A stretch of 63,977 bases of DNA, filler included, from Collodictyon triciliatum (GCA_043381765.1; 14 parts of 14 records of this genome joined end to end with filler, not necessarily neighbours in it), one strand, 5' to 3'; positions 27,555 through 40,506 are shown, numbered from the whole stretch's first letter. Program-made: numbers and translations. Notes: a model not told the origin generated them from the sequence alone.

Positions 27555-28363
27555 TTGAACAAGAAAAGAAACACAAGAATAAAATAGCGCAATCCACCTG
27601 GACAGCTGTCAGTGCTTCAAAGAATGTAATGGTGGCGAACCAAAGTTTCATGATTCACAGTTCCAGCATGTGGGCGCTGATGAGTAATGATTTTATCCAT
27701 ATTGTTCCTCACTTTTGGGCTGGGGAACGACAATAAGGGTTTTGAGCAAATCAAATCAATCGGTTCAAACACTTGGGACTGATAAACAAAATATAATTTC
27801 CACTTCGGAATCGAGTGTCAAACATGACCCAACTCTGGTTTTTGCTCCTTGCCTTTTAAACAGAAGTTGTATAGCCAGGCCTGGCAGGAGGAAAGGCCTT
27901 TAAAAAAGTCTTAGAGATAGACACTGAGGGATGGAAGAGCAATTTTTGTCTACTTTTTTTTTTTACTTTTTTATTCATCTCTCTCTCTCTCTCTCTCTTT
28001 TCTCTCTCTCTTTTTTCTATCTCTTTTTTCTATCTCTTTTTTCTATCTCTTTTTTCTATCTCTTTTTTCTATCTCTTTTTTCTATCTCTTTTTTCTATCT
28101 CTTTTNNNNNNNNNNNNNNNNNNNNNNNNNNNNNNNNNNNNNNNNNNNNTTAATTAATTAANNNNNNNNNNNNNNNNNNNNNNNNNNNNNNNNNNNNNNN
28201 NNNNNATTGTATGTATTGTATGTATTGTATGTATTGTATGTATTGTATGTATTGTATGTATTGTATGTATTGTATGTATTGTATGTATTGTATGTATTGT
28301 ATGTATGTATCTTTGTATCTTTGTATCTTTGTATGTTTTTTATTAAAGAAAGTAATTTTATAG

Positions 28364-31300
28364 TGGCGGCGGAACAAGAAGTAAAAAAAACACGAATCAC
28401 AGAACATCGAAAAAAAATTGTTCAGGAAATTTGCTCTACTGAAAAAACTTATGTCCATAATCTAAGCATTATTATAAAGGTATATATTCCTCCAGTTCGT
28501 TCAATGACTCATTTTTGAATCAGACTTCATGCTTTTGTATGATTTTAATATTTTGACTTACTCAGAAACACATGGAACCTTTACAAAATCCAGCAAGCGG
28601 GCGAAGGATAATAAGCGAAGAAGACTTCAAGTATATACTATATTCAGATTTCCGATGAAGAGATGACGACCATGCTTTTATCTTACGAAAATCAACCATT
28701 ATATAGGTCTATATTCTATCTAGTAGGCTCTATATTTGCCTTGCATGAGGTAATCTTTGTCACGTATTTTTGTTGAACTTTTTTTTTCAAGTCATGAGTT
28801 TGAGGCTATCTTTGACCATGATAAAAAAAAATAGTAATTCTTCTGTGAAAAGAAACCATAAACATCTTTCTATTGTAAGTATTGCTCCTCTGAGTAATCT
28901 GTGCCTGTTGTTCTGTAGATGACAATATTACCCGGTCTTGAGAAAAGTCTTTTACTTGAAGAATCTGCTGCAAAAGTTGTACAAGTTTTCACTGAAGCAG
29001 TAATTGAATAAGCTTATCCTGTTTGGCCTCGCACTAATCAAATTATCACTTAAATGTTCTTACTGCTGTATTCACTATAATCTCATTAACGAACACTTGT
29101 CATATTAATCCCTGATATTGTTTGCAGCAACATTACTTCAAGATATACAGTAGTTTTGCAGATAATTATGAAACTGCCGCTTCAGTTTTCAAACGATGTA
29201 GTGCCACGCCAACATATTCAGCCTTTTTGAAGGTAGTGATATTAATCAACCTCACATCAAAGTTAAGGTTTCCTTTTCATCTATGTTTTTTTTTTTTGGA
29301 ACCGTGTTTGAGTAGATTAATTTATTACATTTGGATTCAGGAAACTCTAAAGGATCCGATATGTCAAAATCTCGATCTGCTATCCTTATTAATTCAGCCT
29401 GTTCAACGCATTCCGAGATACAAACTTTTACTGGGGGTATGTAGAGCTCTTGCAAATAACAGTAATTATTAGTATTAGTTTTAATATTTACTATTCAATG
29501 TATCGCTTCTTTATTTCAGGAACTCTTAAAGTACACGCCTACATCAGACCCTGAATACGAGGTAATGATTCATGACGCCACTATTTAGCCCATCGGCGTG
29601 CAAGATTTCCGTTTTACATTTTCTTTATTAAAAAGTTTATTTTCTAAACGCAAACTCCTCGTCTTAAAACAGTCTTTGGTTGCTGCAAATGACTCGATCA
29701 AGAGAATTGCATCACTCATCAATAGGTTATCCATTTAAAAAATAAGGATGAATTATATTTACAATAGCATCATATATCTTTCTTAAGTTGTCAATAACCC
29801 ATTACTTTTTCTTTTCGTTCGCATTATTTTAAATAAAGCCGTGTGAAGACGAATTACATACGAGAAAAGATTGGAAAGATTGATGGATTTGAGGTAACAT
29901 TTTGATTCAGATTAATTCTTCGTTCAGGTATAACACCGTAGAAACAGGTATCTCACATTTAAACTCTTTATCAATTGTTAGAATTACTTTGAGCCCCATA
30001 GGCATTATGTTTCAGAGGGCGTTGGAATTCTGAGTGAAATGTGAGTATGCATATACATTTAATCCTTTGTGTTCGTATGGATGAAAAGTCCTTAAACCAT
30101 CTTTTGTATTTGGTAATCATTCAATCAATTATGAAAAATTAGGTATTCAAATGCTGAAACAACGCTTGGACCCTGCACTTTGATTTTATTTTCAGATATC
30201 TTACTAATTTGTGTTGGTTTGATTTTATTCAATAAGCGGATATTTTATACCCAGAACGCCAAATATGACATTAGGGAAGAAAAATTAGCACAAACACAAG
30301 GTTGGATTCTTATCTTATATGATTCACCAGGACGTTATGTGCTGTGCAAGATGGAACTCTATTCCTTATGGATTCTTGACAGTGACTCTGGTAAATACAT
30401 ATGTTTCGTTTTGTTTTATTTTGTTTTATTTAATCTGGATTCATATTTCTAAAAAAAAAAAAAGAAGTTGGATACACAAAACAATTCAAAAGCTTTGTTT
30501 CCGTGCTACATTAACTAGAATTTAAACCGTTGGATGTAACATTTGTTGACCCGGAACACTCATACCGATTTACTGGGGCTACCCTCGAAACCAAACTGCA
30601 ACTTGTTAATAATATTCATGAAAGACTTGCGGATATAACAAAGACGAGTTTGTAAAAATAGTCTACGATTTCTGATTCTTGTATTCTTGCCTGAACGTAA
30701 ATTAGAATGAACTTACATTTTACGTGATGTCTTTTTTTTTCTTTTATTCGACTCAGAGTTACGTGATGTCTTGAATTTAAATAAATCATCAAACTTAATT
30801 ATGAACCTGTACATAAAGGCAATAGTGATTTCTCGAAAAGAAATTTGAAGTTCAAGTACAAGGATGAAACAGAATATAGTGGCGAGATGCTCAACGGAAA
30901 AGTATTTCTTTTATTTGCATAAAAAAACAACTTAATATATACTAAAAAAAAATTGATTACTATCTCTTTCATATTTTTATAGAGGCACGGGCGCGGTTTG
31001 ATGAAATATAAAGACGGTAATTGATTTATACATTTATATTTTCCTTAGGAAATAGCATTTTCGTTTACATACTCATCATATCATTAAAATAATAAATTAA
31101 AAAAAAGGTGCTGAATATGACGGTGAATGGTATCAAGACAAACGAGAAGGGAAAGGATTTTACTCTAAAGCAGCTGCGGAGCGCACTGAGTATTATGACG
31201 GTGCTTGGGAGAATGATGAACAAAGTATACTACATCGATAAGATTGTCTTTTGAACTATGGTGAGAAATTATTAGATGTATGACAATATTATACCGCATA

Positions 31301-32645
31301 GATGGTAGAGGTATTCGGATGTATCCAACTGGTATCCAAGTCGAAGGCTTATTTGAACGAGTTATTTTTTCTTTATTTTATAAATATTATTTTTCTAGAT
31401 TTATTAGGTACTTTTTTACAATTATATGGTTACTTTTTTTTTTGTAATTTCGAAGCATATTTGCTTTACATTAAATTTTTGTTAGGTTTGTAGTTGGATT
31501 TTAATTTAATTATTAAAAGTAAAAATATAATAAAAATAAAAATAAAATAATGTGGCAAACAGGGCATACCTGTCGGTGATGTTACTGAAATATCTGTGGA
31601 TGGCTCGAGATACAAGGGCCGTTGGAAGGATGGGAAGGTTAGATTGTCCTAAATCGATATTTTATGTACTGAAAGAAGAAAAAAATAGTTCAATATCACA
31701 AAAGGTTTACAAAGCCACTTAAATTTCTTTATTGGCCACGTACAACTTTTTCTTCCCTAGAGAAATGGTTTTGGTGTCTTGGAGTATGAAAAAGGTGGAC
31801 GATATGAAGGAAACTTTGTGAACAACTTACGGTTAGAATTTTATAAAAAGATTTCTAAATTCTAATTTGGTTTATTCCTTTTAGTTTTCAATTAAAACCA
31901 TTAATTATATCAATAAAAAAATTTTGCAAGTAGACAGGGTAAAGGATACTATATCTTAAAAGAGCTCGGTGTCGAATATGATGGCGAGTGGAAATATGAC
32001 AAAGTAATGAACCCAATATAATTCGATTCCAAAAGAGTACAATTTAATATCAGATATAATTATTGCATCCTGTATGATTATAATCAACTCTGACATGCAG
32101 TTTCATGGTTATGGGTCGTATGTTTGGAGCGACAAGAAATGCAAGTATATTGGCTGGTGGGAAAATGGAAAGAAAACAGGGCATGGTATGGAGTCCAGAA
32201 TTTTAATAATATATACGATGTTTTGCGTTTAAACTGTTAAGCTTTGAATTACCTCTATGATAACAGGATTTATCAAATACGAAAATGGTGACCAATATGA
32301 CGGAGAATGGGATTCAGACGAGGTATCCAATAACCCCTTTGAGATTTACCCTTCCCCCTATATCGATGTTCTGGTCGCTTTGATTTTTGTTGCTTTTAAA
32401 ATAAAATACTATCATTTTTTATATATTTTATGCACTCCAAAGAATCAATCCATTTTATACGCAATCGTTCATGAATCAGTATTTTATCCTGATTTATTAA
32501 CTATAGTTTATCTTATAAGCGTCACGGCCACGGCATTTTTACTGAAGTATCTACAGGAATAATTTATGAAGGGAGTTTCGCTCGTGGAAAAAAGGAGGGG
32601 CGTGGGCGATTAATTCTAGAGTCAGGAGATGTTATTGTTGGAAAC
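28364..32645 (+). CDS. RhoGEF (DH) - PH - MORN repeat protein, partial at both ends
   Basis: RKKIVQEICSTEKTYVHNL and LDLLSLLIQPVQRIPRYKLLL (DH); HRHYVSEG...LILFSDILLIC (PH); about 10 MORN repeats such as YDGEWYQDKREGKG, YKGRWKDGKRNGFG and YEGNFVNN. Confidence 0.92.
30720..30772 (-). mobile_element. Family A insertion with 14-bp TSD, in a RhoGEF intron
   Basis: TTACGTGATGTCTT at 30720-30733 and 30759-30772 flanks (minus strand) CTCTGAGTCGAATAAAAGAAAAAAA. Confidence 0.65.
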
Positions 32646-33057
32646 GTATGTGAATATATTTCTTTATTCCTTTATCTATTTATCTCTTTCGTATTTGTAT
32701 TCGTATTTGTATTCGTATTTGTATTCGTATTTGTATTCGTATTTGTATTCGTATTTGTATTCGTATTTGTATTCGTATTTGTATTCGTATTTGTATTCGN
32801 NNNNNNNNNNNNNNNNNNNNNNNNNNNNNNNNNNNNNNNNNNNTTAATTAATTAANNNNNNNNNNNNNNNNNNNNNNNNNNNNNNNNNNNNNNNNNNNNG
32901 TATGTATGTATGTATGTATGTATGTATGTATGTATGTATGTATGTATGTATGTATGTATGTATGTATGTATGTATGTATGTATGTATGTATGTATGTATG
33001 TATGTATGTATGTATGTATTTGTATCACATGCAAATGCACATAAAACGGACAATAAC

Positions 33058-36000
33058 TTGATATCGCTATCTGAACTTCTTCGAAGAAGAAAATATATTT
33101 AGAAAGAAAAAGGATATCAAAAGAATTCTCTGTCTGATCCGAATTGGAGTAAATTGGGCTTTGATGGTGTTCTGCTGAGACTGTGGCACAAAACTTGAAT
33201 TTCATAATGTTTTCGGTCAGAGTTCCTGTTTTGTCAGTAAATATATACTGTATTTGACCCAAATCCTCGCTTATTGCAGTGCTACAAGGAAAAGAAACAA
33301 AAGAAATTGTCATTTATTTTCCCTGGAAATATTTAAACCAAACATAAGCGACGGGAAAAAATATGATGACAATGGTAATAATAACAATAATCGTAACGAT
33401 AATTATAAAAGAATTATTAAATAAAACCTATTAGGATTAACTTTTTTTTTCTTTTGAAATAATATTAACAATTTTGGCATGCAATGTTGATAAGTTTCGT
33501 GGATGATAAGTCCCATATCAAAATACATACTTGGATGCTACTGGATACGTTTCAGTCTCCTTTTCGTACATTTCATCATCCCACATGATAAGGGAGGCAT
33601 AGAAATATTTGCATATGTCTAATGTCACTTTGAGGGAGATTGGAATCATCAAAGACATCAGGAGTAAGAATCGCAGTGGGATGACGACCACGTCAAGACT
33701 GGAATCATTAAGATCGTATTTCAAGTAGGTGTGCTGTATATCGTCGAGATATGTATATTGCATCAATACCAAGTTATTTATATATTAATTTAGCACCGAT
33801 AGTTGTGAGTAGTTTATGTACATCGATAAATTTCCAACCTTATCTTTGTTTTCATTTTTCCAAACAGTTCCGATAGACCCCATGATGACAAATATAGTTA
33901 ACTGGAGACAAAATACTACTGTTGTTATTTGGTTAATGAATCGGTCGGCTTTTGTCCACTTTGTGGGTGGGGATTCTTTGTTTTTTCCAAGTTTTGTCTC
34001 GTTGCCTAATTTGAAAAGGAGATTATTAAAAACACGGAATGATAATCCAGAATTATAACAATTATAGTGAACACGACTTTCGTAGTTTAAAAGAAATGTG
34101 CGCTAACGTAGAGAAAAGGAAAGAATCTCACCCGTGTAAACAACAACTCCATAGATGTAATCTACATTTTTTATGAAGGTTGCTTGAGGTATCATTTGCT
34201 TGTAGCTAAGTGAGAGAGGCTCCTGAACACCATCCAAAAATAATTGCGAGTCGAATCGATACACCTCAGCATTTGGAATGGAGCAGATAATATAGCCCTG
34301 AAGTTGATTGAGAACAGCAAAAATATAACTCATGATTAAACATGGAAATTTGAAGTAGTGTTGAAATAATGAATTATAATATTATAATATGTCCAATATA
34401 ATATTTTATTACCTTTAAAGATGTCAAGCGTTCTTCTGAAAGAGATTGAGTTTGTTCCAGGCCACATCTTTGTTTTAGATCAGTTTCTCCGTCAATATTG
34501 GCAGTCTGTTTGAATTTCAGCACAATTAGTTTCTATTGTCTAACCTCCAGGAAAAAAAAACAATCATCAAAATGTCTTTTTTGGATTTCAAGTTTAGATG
34601 TCAATTCAACATGCATTTATATTGAATTGAAAAAAAAGTTCGACTGCTCTCACAGTTCAATCACATGATGTCGTTTTTTTTTCCTGAATATATATGGGAT
34701 GATTCGTACGCATATTTGAGAGGAAATGGCTCTTGTAAGGCCATTAAAGAATTTATGTACGACGGTATACCTGAATGTAGCACGCTCCTTGTTCATCAGA
34801 AGACTTTAGCAGGACAATATCACATGGAACTTCGTCACCTGCTGTAAGCCGAATAATATCGCCAACCATAATATCCTGCGAGATGCCATTCTAAGGAATT
34901 GAAAGAAAATTATGGGGGTTTTTTTGTGTGCGAAGACAGCAAAGTTAGAAACTCATTGTTGCTTGGCCTTTTCTTTCTCATGTATTTTTTACTCAATCTA
35001 ATTTTCAATCTTAATTCATTTGATATATAAAAAACTAAATGGATATGAATATTTGAGATAGTGAGTGACATTTTTTCGTTTCTTTAAAGGAAATATCACA
35101 TTTGAGTATATGCACATTGATAAAATAAAAGTTCTACTCACATGATTTGGTTCGGTGTCTCTGATATACCTGACTTTCTTTTCATTTGCTAGCTTATCCC
35201 TTCGGTAACGTTTGTAGTCGTCGAGTCCTTCCTTCAGTGCAGACAAAGCAAAGATGAAGATTAAAGGACCCCACGTTGATATCGGATTCACTGGGGTGAC
35301 GTCACTCCAGAGTTGCAAGGAGGCAATCATCAGGAAATAGATGTTCATGAATCGGCTACATGTGTGCATTGATTCGGATTCAGATGGATTTAACGCTGCA
35401 TAAAGATATAAATGCTAGATATAAATTTGTTTTTTCTTTTTTGTTTGATAAGATTTCCTGCGACCTTAATAATTGCAACGAAAAAAACATACAAAGTAAG
35501 AGGAAAATATTAACGGATGGTGCAATTAATCGTGCATGATTAATGACATTTTAAAAAAAATGATACCTGAACTGCTCATACAAGTTCTTGGGGAGGAAAG
35601 TTATGATATTGTACTTTGTATTTGATACCACATTGGTAGGGTATTCTAAGTTCCTATCACTTTGGTTGATATAGACCGTGCGATGTGTTTCCAAGGTTCT
35701 CGCCTTTATTCCGGGATGGGAGAGTGTGGTGGTGTGTTTTTGGTAGAGGCAATGAAAATGATCAAAGATACCGGAAGGGTTCAAAAAAAAAAGAAAAGAC
35801 TAAGTTAACTTGGATCCCTGCTTCGATTGGTTCGGCTGAATGAGCGCAATAAATATGGCGAAAGCACGTGGCGTTTGTTGTTTATCATAAAAAAAACTGC
35901 AACTAAGAGAGTATGTAGACGTCACTCGTTATTTTTAGATACTCCTTTTTTTTGTTTTTTGTTTGTGCTCCCTCTTTCTTATTCCTTTTTCCTCTTATGC

Positions 36001-36111
36001 AACGTGTCAGCCTTAAAGGCAAATCATTAAAACTTCTCAGCCTCACAATGAGAAGAAGAAGGAAAAAAAAAGATTCCTTACACGCCCGATGAGTCGCAGG
36101 AAAGTGTCCAT
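33058..36111 (-). CDS. P4-ATPase phospholipid flippase (ALA2-like), N-terminal part, 3' truncated
   Basis: [85 protein letters not shown] and [23 protein letters not shown] (phosphorylation motif); first exon [10 protein letters not shown] is inferred. Confidence 0.95.
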
Positions 36112-37385
36112 CGTACGAGGACAACGCAGCTTCAGAAGATCGTCTCTGGTTCCTTCCTCCTCTTTGACCGTCGACCTGCGTTTGGCCTTTCATGAGACAA
36201 AAAGCCCGCATTGTCGCGGTACACGAAGCACGGAGCCGCGAAGACAATCATATGGATCCAGCGAAGTCGGATTCGGATCTGCGGTTTTTCTCACCGTGGC
36301 AACCAGGAAATAATAAGTATTATTGGAGAATGGCTGAATATGCGAACATGATGGAATTTTAATTTATGTGGAATAGGGAAGGAACAGAGAACTGAATCTT
36401 GGGAGTGGTCTCGCATTTCCTTTGCAGCTTGGTTTGCCTGTCTTCTGATGCCGCAACGTTAGAACAGCTTCCAAAGAATATCATCATGAAATATAAATGA
36501 CCTGGATTGTATTTGAAAAAATTGGAGCTCAGATAATTTTTGTCAGCGAGGTTTTTTTTTTTTTTTTGGTCGTCTTCCGTCACGCCTTCATGGGCCGACT
36601 ATAAGGTCTGCGGAGTGGCTCTGGCATGAGTTTTGCACTGAAGCGACAGCGAAATAAAAATCACTGATTCTTTCCAAAAAAAAAAAATGTGTGTATAACA
36701 GCCTCTGCATAGGTGCCGCTCCAAATCTGTGAAGATACATGCAAGGGATGATGAAAGAAATAAAGGACGATGCGCCATTGCGAGAAAGCGCTTGAGATGT
36801 GGCAACTCATCATTTACCCACCCAGCCCTTCAAACAACTTTCCACACATGAAGATGCAAATCATTGCTTCCTGCACCCGTTATTAGATTGTAGGAATATG
36901 CGCGGATACGCACAGAAATTGATCCACATAATGTAGGTGTGAGTGTAGTATGATATATCATATGATTTGGAATGTGCAGAGATAAATCAATTTCATATAT
37001 AAATGGAAATAATGACATATATGCATATATTCCACAATTAGTCAAATCAAGAATGGAGAGTTTCCATTTTGAAACAAATTCTGTGAAACACCAAAATCCG
37101 TTTAAGGTTCGTTTATTTCTGGAACAAAGCAGGCCAAAGAATCTGCCGTTACAAAGAGCCGTTATGCAGAAACAAGCGCCTGTCTCTTCCCAAATCCGCC
37201 ACCATATCCTGCAAAAAAAACAAAATCAAAAACAAAAGCAAAAGGGTGCTGTGAATTACGGATCCAGAAATAGCCGGATTCCACGAATGGGATAAACAAA
37301 CCACCTATGAGGCACCTAATCAAAGCCTGCTACATCGCGACAACTGCTCCGGCAGGGCGTGATCAGCGTGATCATCACAACGGAA

Positions 37386-37491
37386 GACAAAGACAAAGAC
37401 AAAGACAAAGACAAAGACAAAGACAAAGACAAAGACAAAGACAAAGACAAAGACAAAGACAAAGACAAAGACAAAGACAAAGACAAAGACA
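37386..37491. repeat. (GACAAA)n microsatellite at a contig end
   Basis: Direct tandem array. Confidence 0.95.
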
Positions 37492-37591
37492 NNNNNNNNN
37501 NNNNNNNNNNNNNNNNNNNNNNNNNNNNNNNNNNNTTAATTAATTAANNNNNNNNNNNNNNNNNNNNNNNNNNNNNNNNNNNNNNNNNNNN

Positions 37592-37880
37592 GCTTCGCAC
37601 CGCCGAAAAATGCAACGATATTCCACTCCTCGAATGCAACCCCAACCACAGCCGTCCTGAACAACAAAGGAGAATGGCGCTCACGACGTCCCATCTCATA
37701 CGGAGCGTCGTCGCCATTTTTCTTTCGCCTGAAGAACCAAAGGCGGTCCATTACGCCTGATTCTCCGCGATTCTCGATGGCGATGTCATATTCCAAGCTG
37801 CTTCGATATAAAATCATCGGCCCGAATCCCTACAAACCTGAGGTAACCATTCGTTGGGCCGAAACGACAGGCATTATAGA
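37592..37880 (+). mobile_element. Copy of an unclassified coding repeat, homologous to 53307-53597
   Basis: Clear nucleotide alignment with 53307-53597; open frame ...VLNNKGEWRSRRPISYG...MAMSYSKLLRYKIIGPNP...WAET. Confidence 0.75.
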
Positions 37881-37926
37881 CTCGCCTGTGGTTGGTGGTT
37901 GAATCCATCAGCCAGATTTGCTTAAG

Positions 37927-37975
37927 TTATTTTATTCGACCTTTCAATTTGTCCAAAACGGTGGAGGCTTTGGCT
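37927..37975 (-). mobile_element. Diverged family B tail copy
   Basis: AGCCAAAGCCTCCACCGTTTTGGACAAATTGAAAGGTCGAATAAAA aligns with the 1929-1984 insert AGCCAACATCTTCACCATCCTGCACAAAATTGAAAGGAAGAATAAAA. Confidence 0.5.
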
Positions 37976-38019
37976 TTGGGTTTGGTTCGCAAGCCTTGGT
38001 TTGCGCGGGCGCTACTTGA

Positions 38020-38421
38020 AAAGTCAGAGCAGATATGTTCTTGGGATATAGCTACGGATGACTTCTTCCGATTAATATGTGCCCGCAGTTGAAACTTACA
38101 ATTTTGACCTTCGCATATAATCAAAGGCGCATACAACTACGTCGGACTGTAGTAAAATCTAAACACCCTTCCTTCCCTTGAATCGAATAAAGGAAAAATA
38201 AACCTTTGCATATAATCTGATAATCACTTTCTTTGATTCAAAACCGAAAGAGTCTGCCTATGTGAGGGCAGCAAGAAGTATGCATGATGAGAAGTACAGA
38301 TGCGTTCTATAGTACTATTCAATCGATTTGATTGCACAAGGATATCTGGGTCGGCTACATTCATTTGCCATTCAAAATTTATACTATCCGCTCCAACATT
38401 TGGTTCATAACCATAAGGCAT
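38020..38421 (-). pseudogene. MuDR/Mutator-like transposase N-terminal zinc DNA-binding domain remnant
   Basis: One frame with two stops: ...RFYYSPT*LYAPLIICEGQNCKFQLRAHINRKKSSVAISQEHIC, a C-x4-C-x-F-x-LRA...H-x-C pattern as in MULE/FAR1 DNA-binding domains; interrupted by a family A insert at 38160-38203. Confidence 0.45.
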
Positions 38422-38522
38422 TGTTACTTTCGATAGACTTTATCTAGAGTTTTAACACACGAAGCTTATGTTGCAGGGTTACTTATTTACTAGAGAGGTA
38501 TACTAATCGAATGATTGATAAA

Positions 38523-38592
38523 CCTGGTTGGCTAGTATCCAAGGTCTTACCACTTGTTTCACAAAGGTTGTGTAGTGGCGAAGACTGCCAGG
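38523..38592 (-). ncRNA. Candidate Fanzor omega-RNA scaffold (structured core)
   Basis: Starts ~45 nt after the Fanzor ORF end; nested stems CCTGG/CCAGG, GTCTT/AAGAC, CCACT/AGTGG and CACAA/TTGTG, plus a TTGG/CCAA side hairpin. Confidence 0.5.
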
Positions 38593-38637
38593 GAAAGACC
38601 CGACAACCTGTTTTTTTAAAAAGGAAGGGTGTATGCA

Positions 38638-40506
38638 TTATTGAAGGGTTGTAAGAACTTTGTTGGGTATATTATTAGCGCTGTTAAAGTACCTTGTCGA
38701 GAATACACTTTTTTTTGTTTTAGCTATCTGACCCATTGGATTCTTTACATATGAGACATCTATACACTTTTTTTGTATTTCCTTTCGGTAGAATACATTC
38801 CAGTTCTTTTTCGCAGTCACAACACATCTTGGAGGTTCAAAATTCATCGACACTATCTGTTTCAAAACGTTTGGACAGTATTTTTCGTAATCCTCTTTCG
38901 ATTATTGACATAAAATGTTTCATTAGAGATTTTCTGCTCCAGTCTCCATACGCCAGTGCAACATCCTTGCCAAATGTCTCTTCGATTCGGTCCATAAGCA
39001 ATTGTTCACTTCTTTTTGTATTAACATACTGTCTCCATCTCATCTTTCGAAAAGTTACGTGTTCATAAAATCTGGATAATTCTATCTGGTATCTTGATTT
39101 CATAGATACATATTCTCGAAATTATACATAATCGACCGTGTATGATTATGTTTACTCAGTTCTGTCTCTAAATCGATTAAAGATGTTCTTGGTGTCTCAA
39201 ACCGCTGATTCTCTTCAAAAGTCCTGGCACTAAAAGAAACAGCACTTTGTAAATCTGTTGCCATGCATATCCCTGAAACATTGCATTTTTTTTCTCGCGC
39301 AAGAGTATTTTGTGATTTTTAAGAGATTTGCAATCATGTCTTGTTTGGTGTGCCGTGTAACACAATTTCTTACCTGTCTCATCCACCATGTAAACCAAAT
39401 TAAACTTGCCAGCTGTAACAACTTTCTTTTTTGTCGCTAATAAAAATAACTGCTCTTTGGAAAGTTCATCTGTATAAACATATTCTTGGGTTGTTTAGAT
39501 TATATTTGGATTTTGAATTGAAATACCTTTCTTTTCAAACAATAATGGCACCACCAAGCCGTCTGTTTGTATCATGTATTTAAAATTGCAGTTTCTTTGA
39601 TGAAATACCCTCTTCTTCATTACAAAGAACTTATCCCATAGGGTCTCTTTGCATCCTGATATATTCTTCAGTAATAATGATTTCCCAGATAATACTAATA
39701 GACCTTTCAAATATGCAATATCTAGAGTAATATACCATAGTACATAATTAGTTCTTATAGAGATTGGTTGAAACAGTTTGGTTCCAATGTCCTCAAAACT
39801 GTGATTCATGTAAATCAGACATGGAACGTACTTATTTGGATTGACTTTGATGTCATATTCGATACCTTTTACAATATCGCTGGGAATGATATGATGCAGA
39901 TGCGTTATAGCCCATTCTTTATATTGTTCCGGTATTTCGAGATTCTTGAAGATGGCTTTTTTTTTTTTAACTTTCGTAGCTCTGCCTTTTTAATAGCTTC
40001 CGTCATATTCTCATCTTAAGGGTAATGTTGATTTGTAACGCGCAGAAACCTCTTTACCAAATGTCCTTAATTTTATTATGATAAGCTGTTAACATTTGCT
40101 TCGCCAAGTACGGTAATACATGAGACAGCCCAGCCAACGGAAAGCGTTCTTCTCGGGACAAAAGGAATCGAAAATCATTGAGATAAAAAGTCATCATGTC
40201 ATCTCTCATATCTGGTTTTTTTTTTTTAAAACTTGCGGGTCTATATTGTGAAACTATTCTAACTGTCTTTAAAGCGTACAAAAAAACCATTTCATCGATT
40301 GTTGGGAGCTGTTGTGATTTCAGTATGTAACATCTTGGAAACAGATAAGTGTCGGTAAGCAAATTATGACACAATAAAACCGTATCGTTGATTTTGTTAT
40401 AGTCATCCACATTCTTTACAATCGGCTCCAGACATGTTTTCAGATTTCGATAGCCTGGTTTTACATACTTGAGATTCTCAGACTCAAGACGTTTTCTTTT
40501 CTTCAT
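38638..40506 (-). pseudogene. Fanzor1-type (TnpB-derived RuvC nuclease) gene, near full length but frameshifted and inactivated
   Basis: Collinear intronless fragments: LKTCLEPIVK..INDTV; YDIKVNPNKYVPCLIYMN..KLFQPISIRT..YITLD; FKYMIQTDG; VVTAGKFNLVYM..LCYTAHQ; FYEHVTFRKMRWRQYVNTKRSE..FGKDVALAYGDWS..GLRKILSKRF..VDEF*TSKMCCDC..RCLICKES; TRYFNSANNI. Confidence 0.88.

Noticed and set aside
30289-30300. 12-nt microexon in the RhoGEF PH domain
   Set aside because: It has AG/GT flanks, but the neighbouring exons also join in phase without it, so it cannot be supported without transcripts
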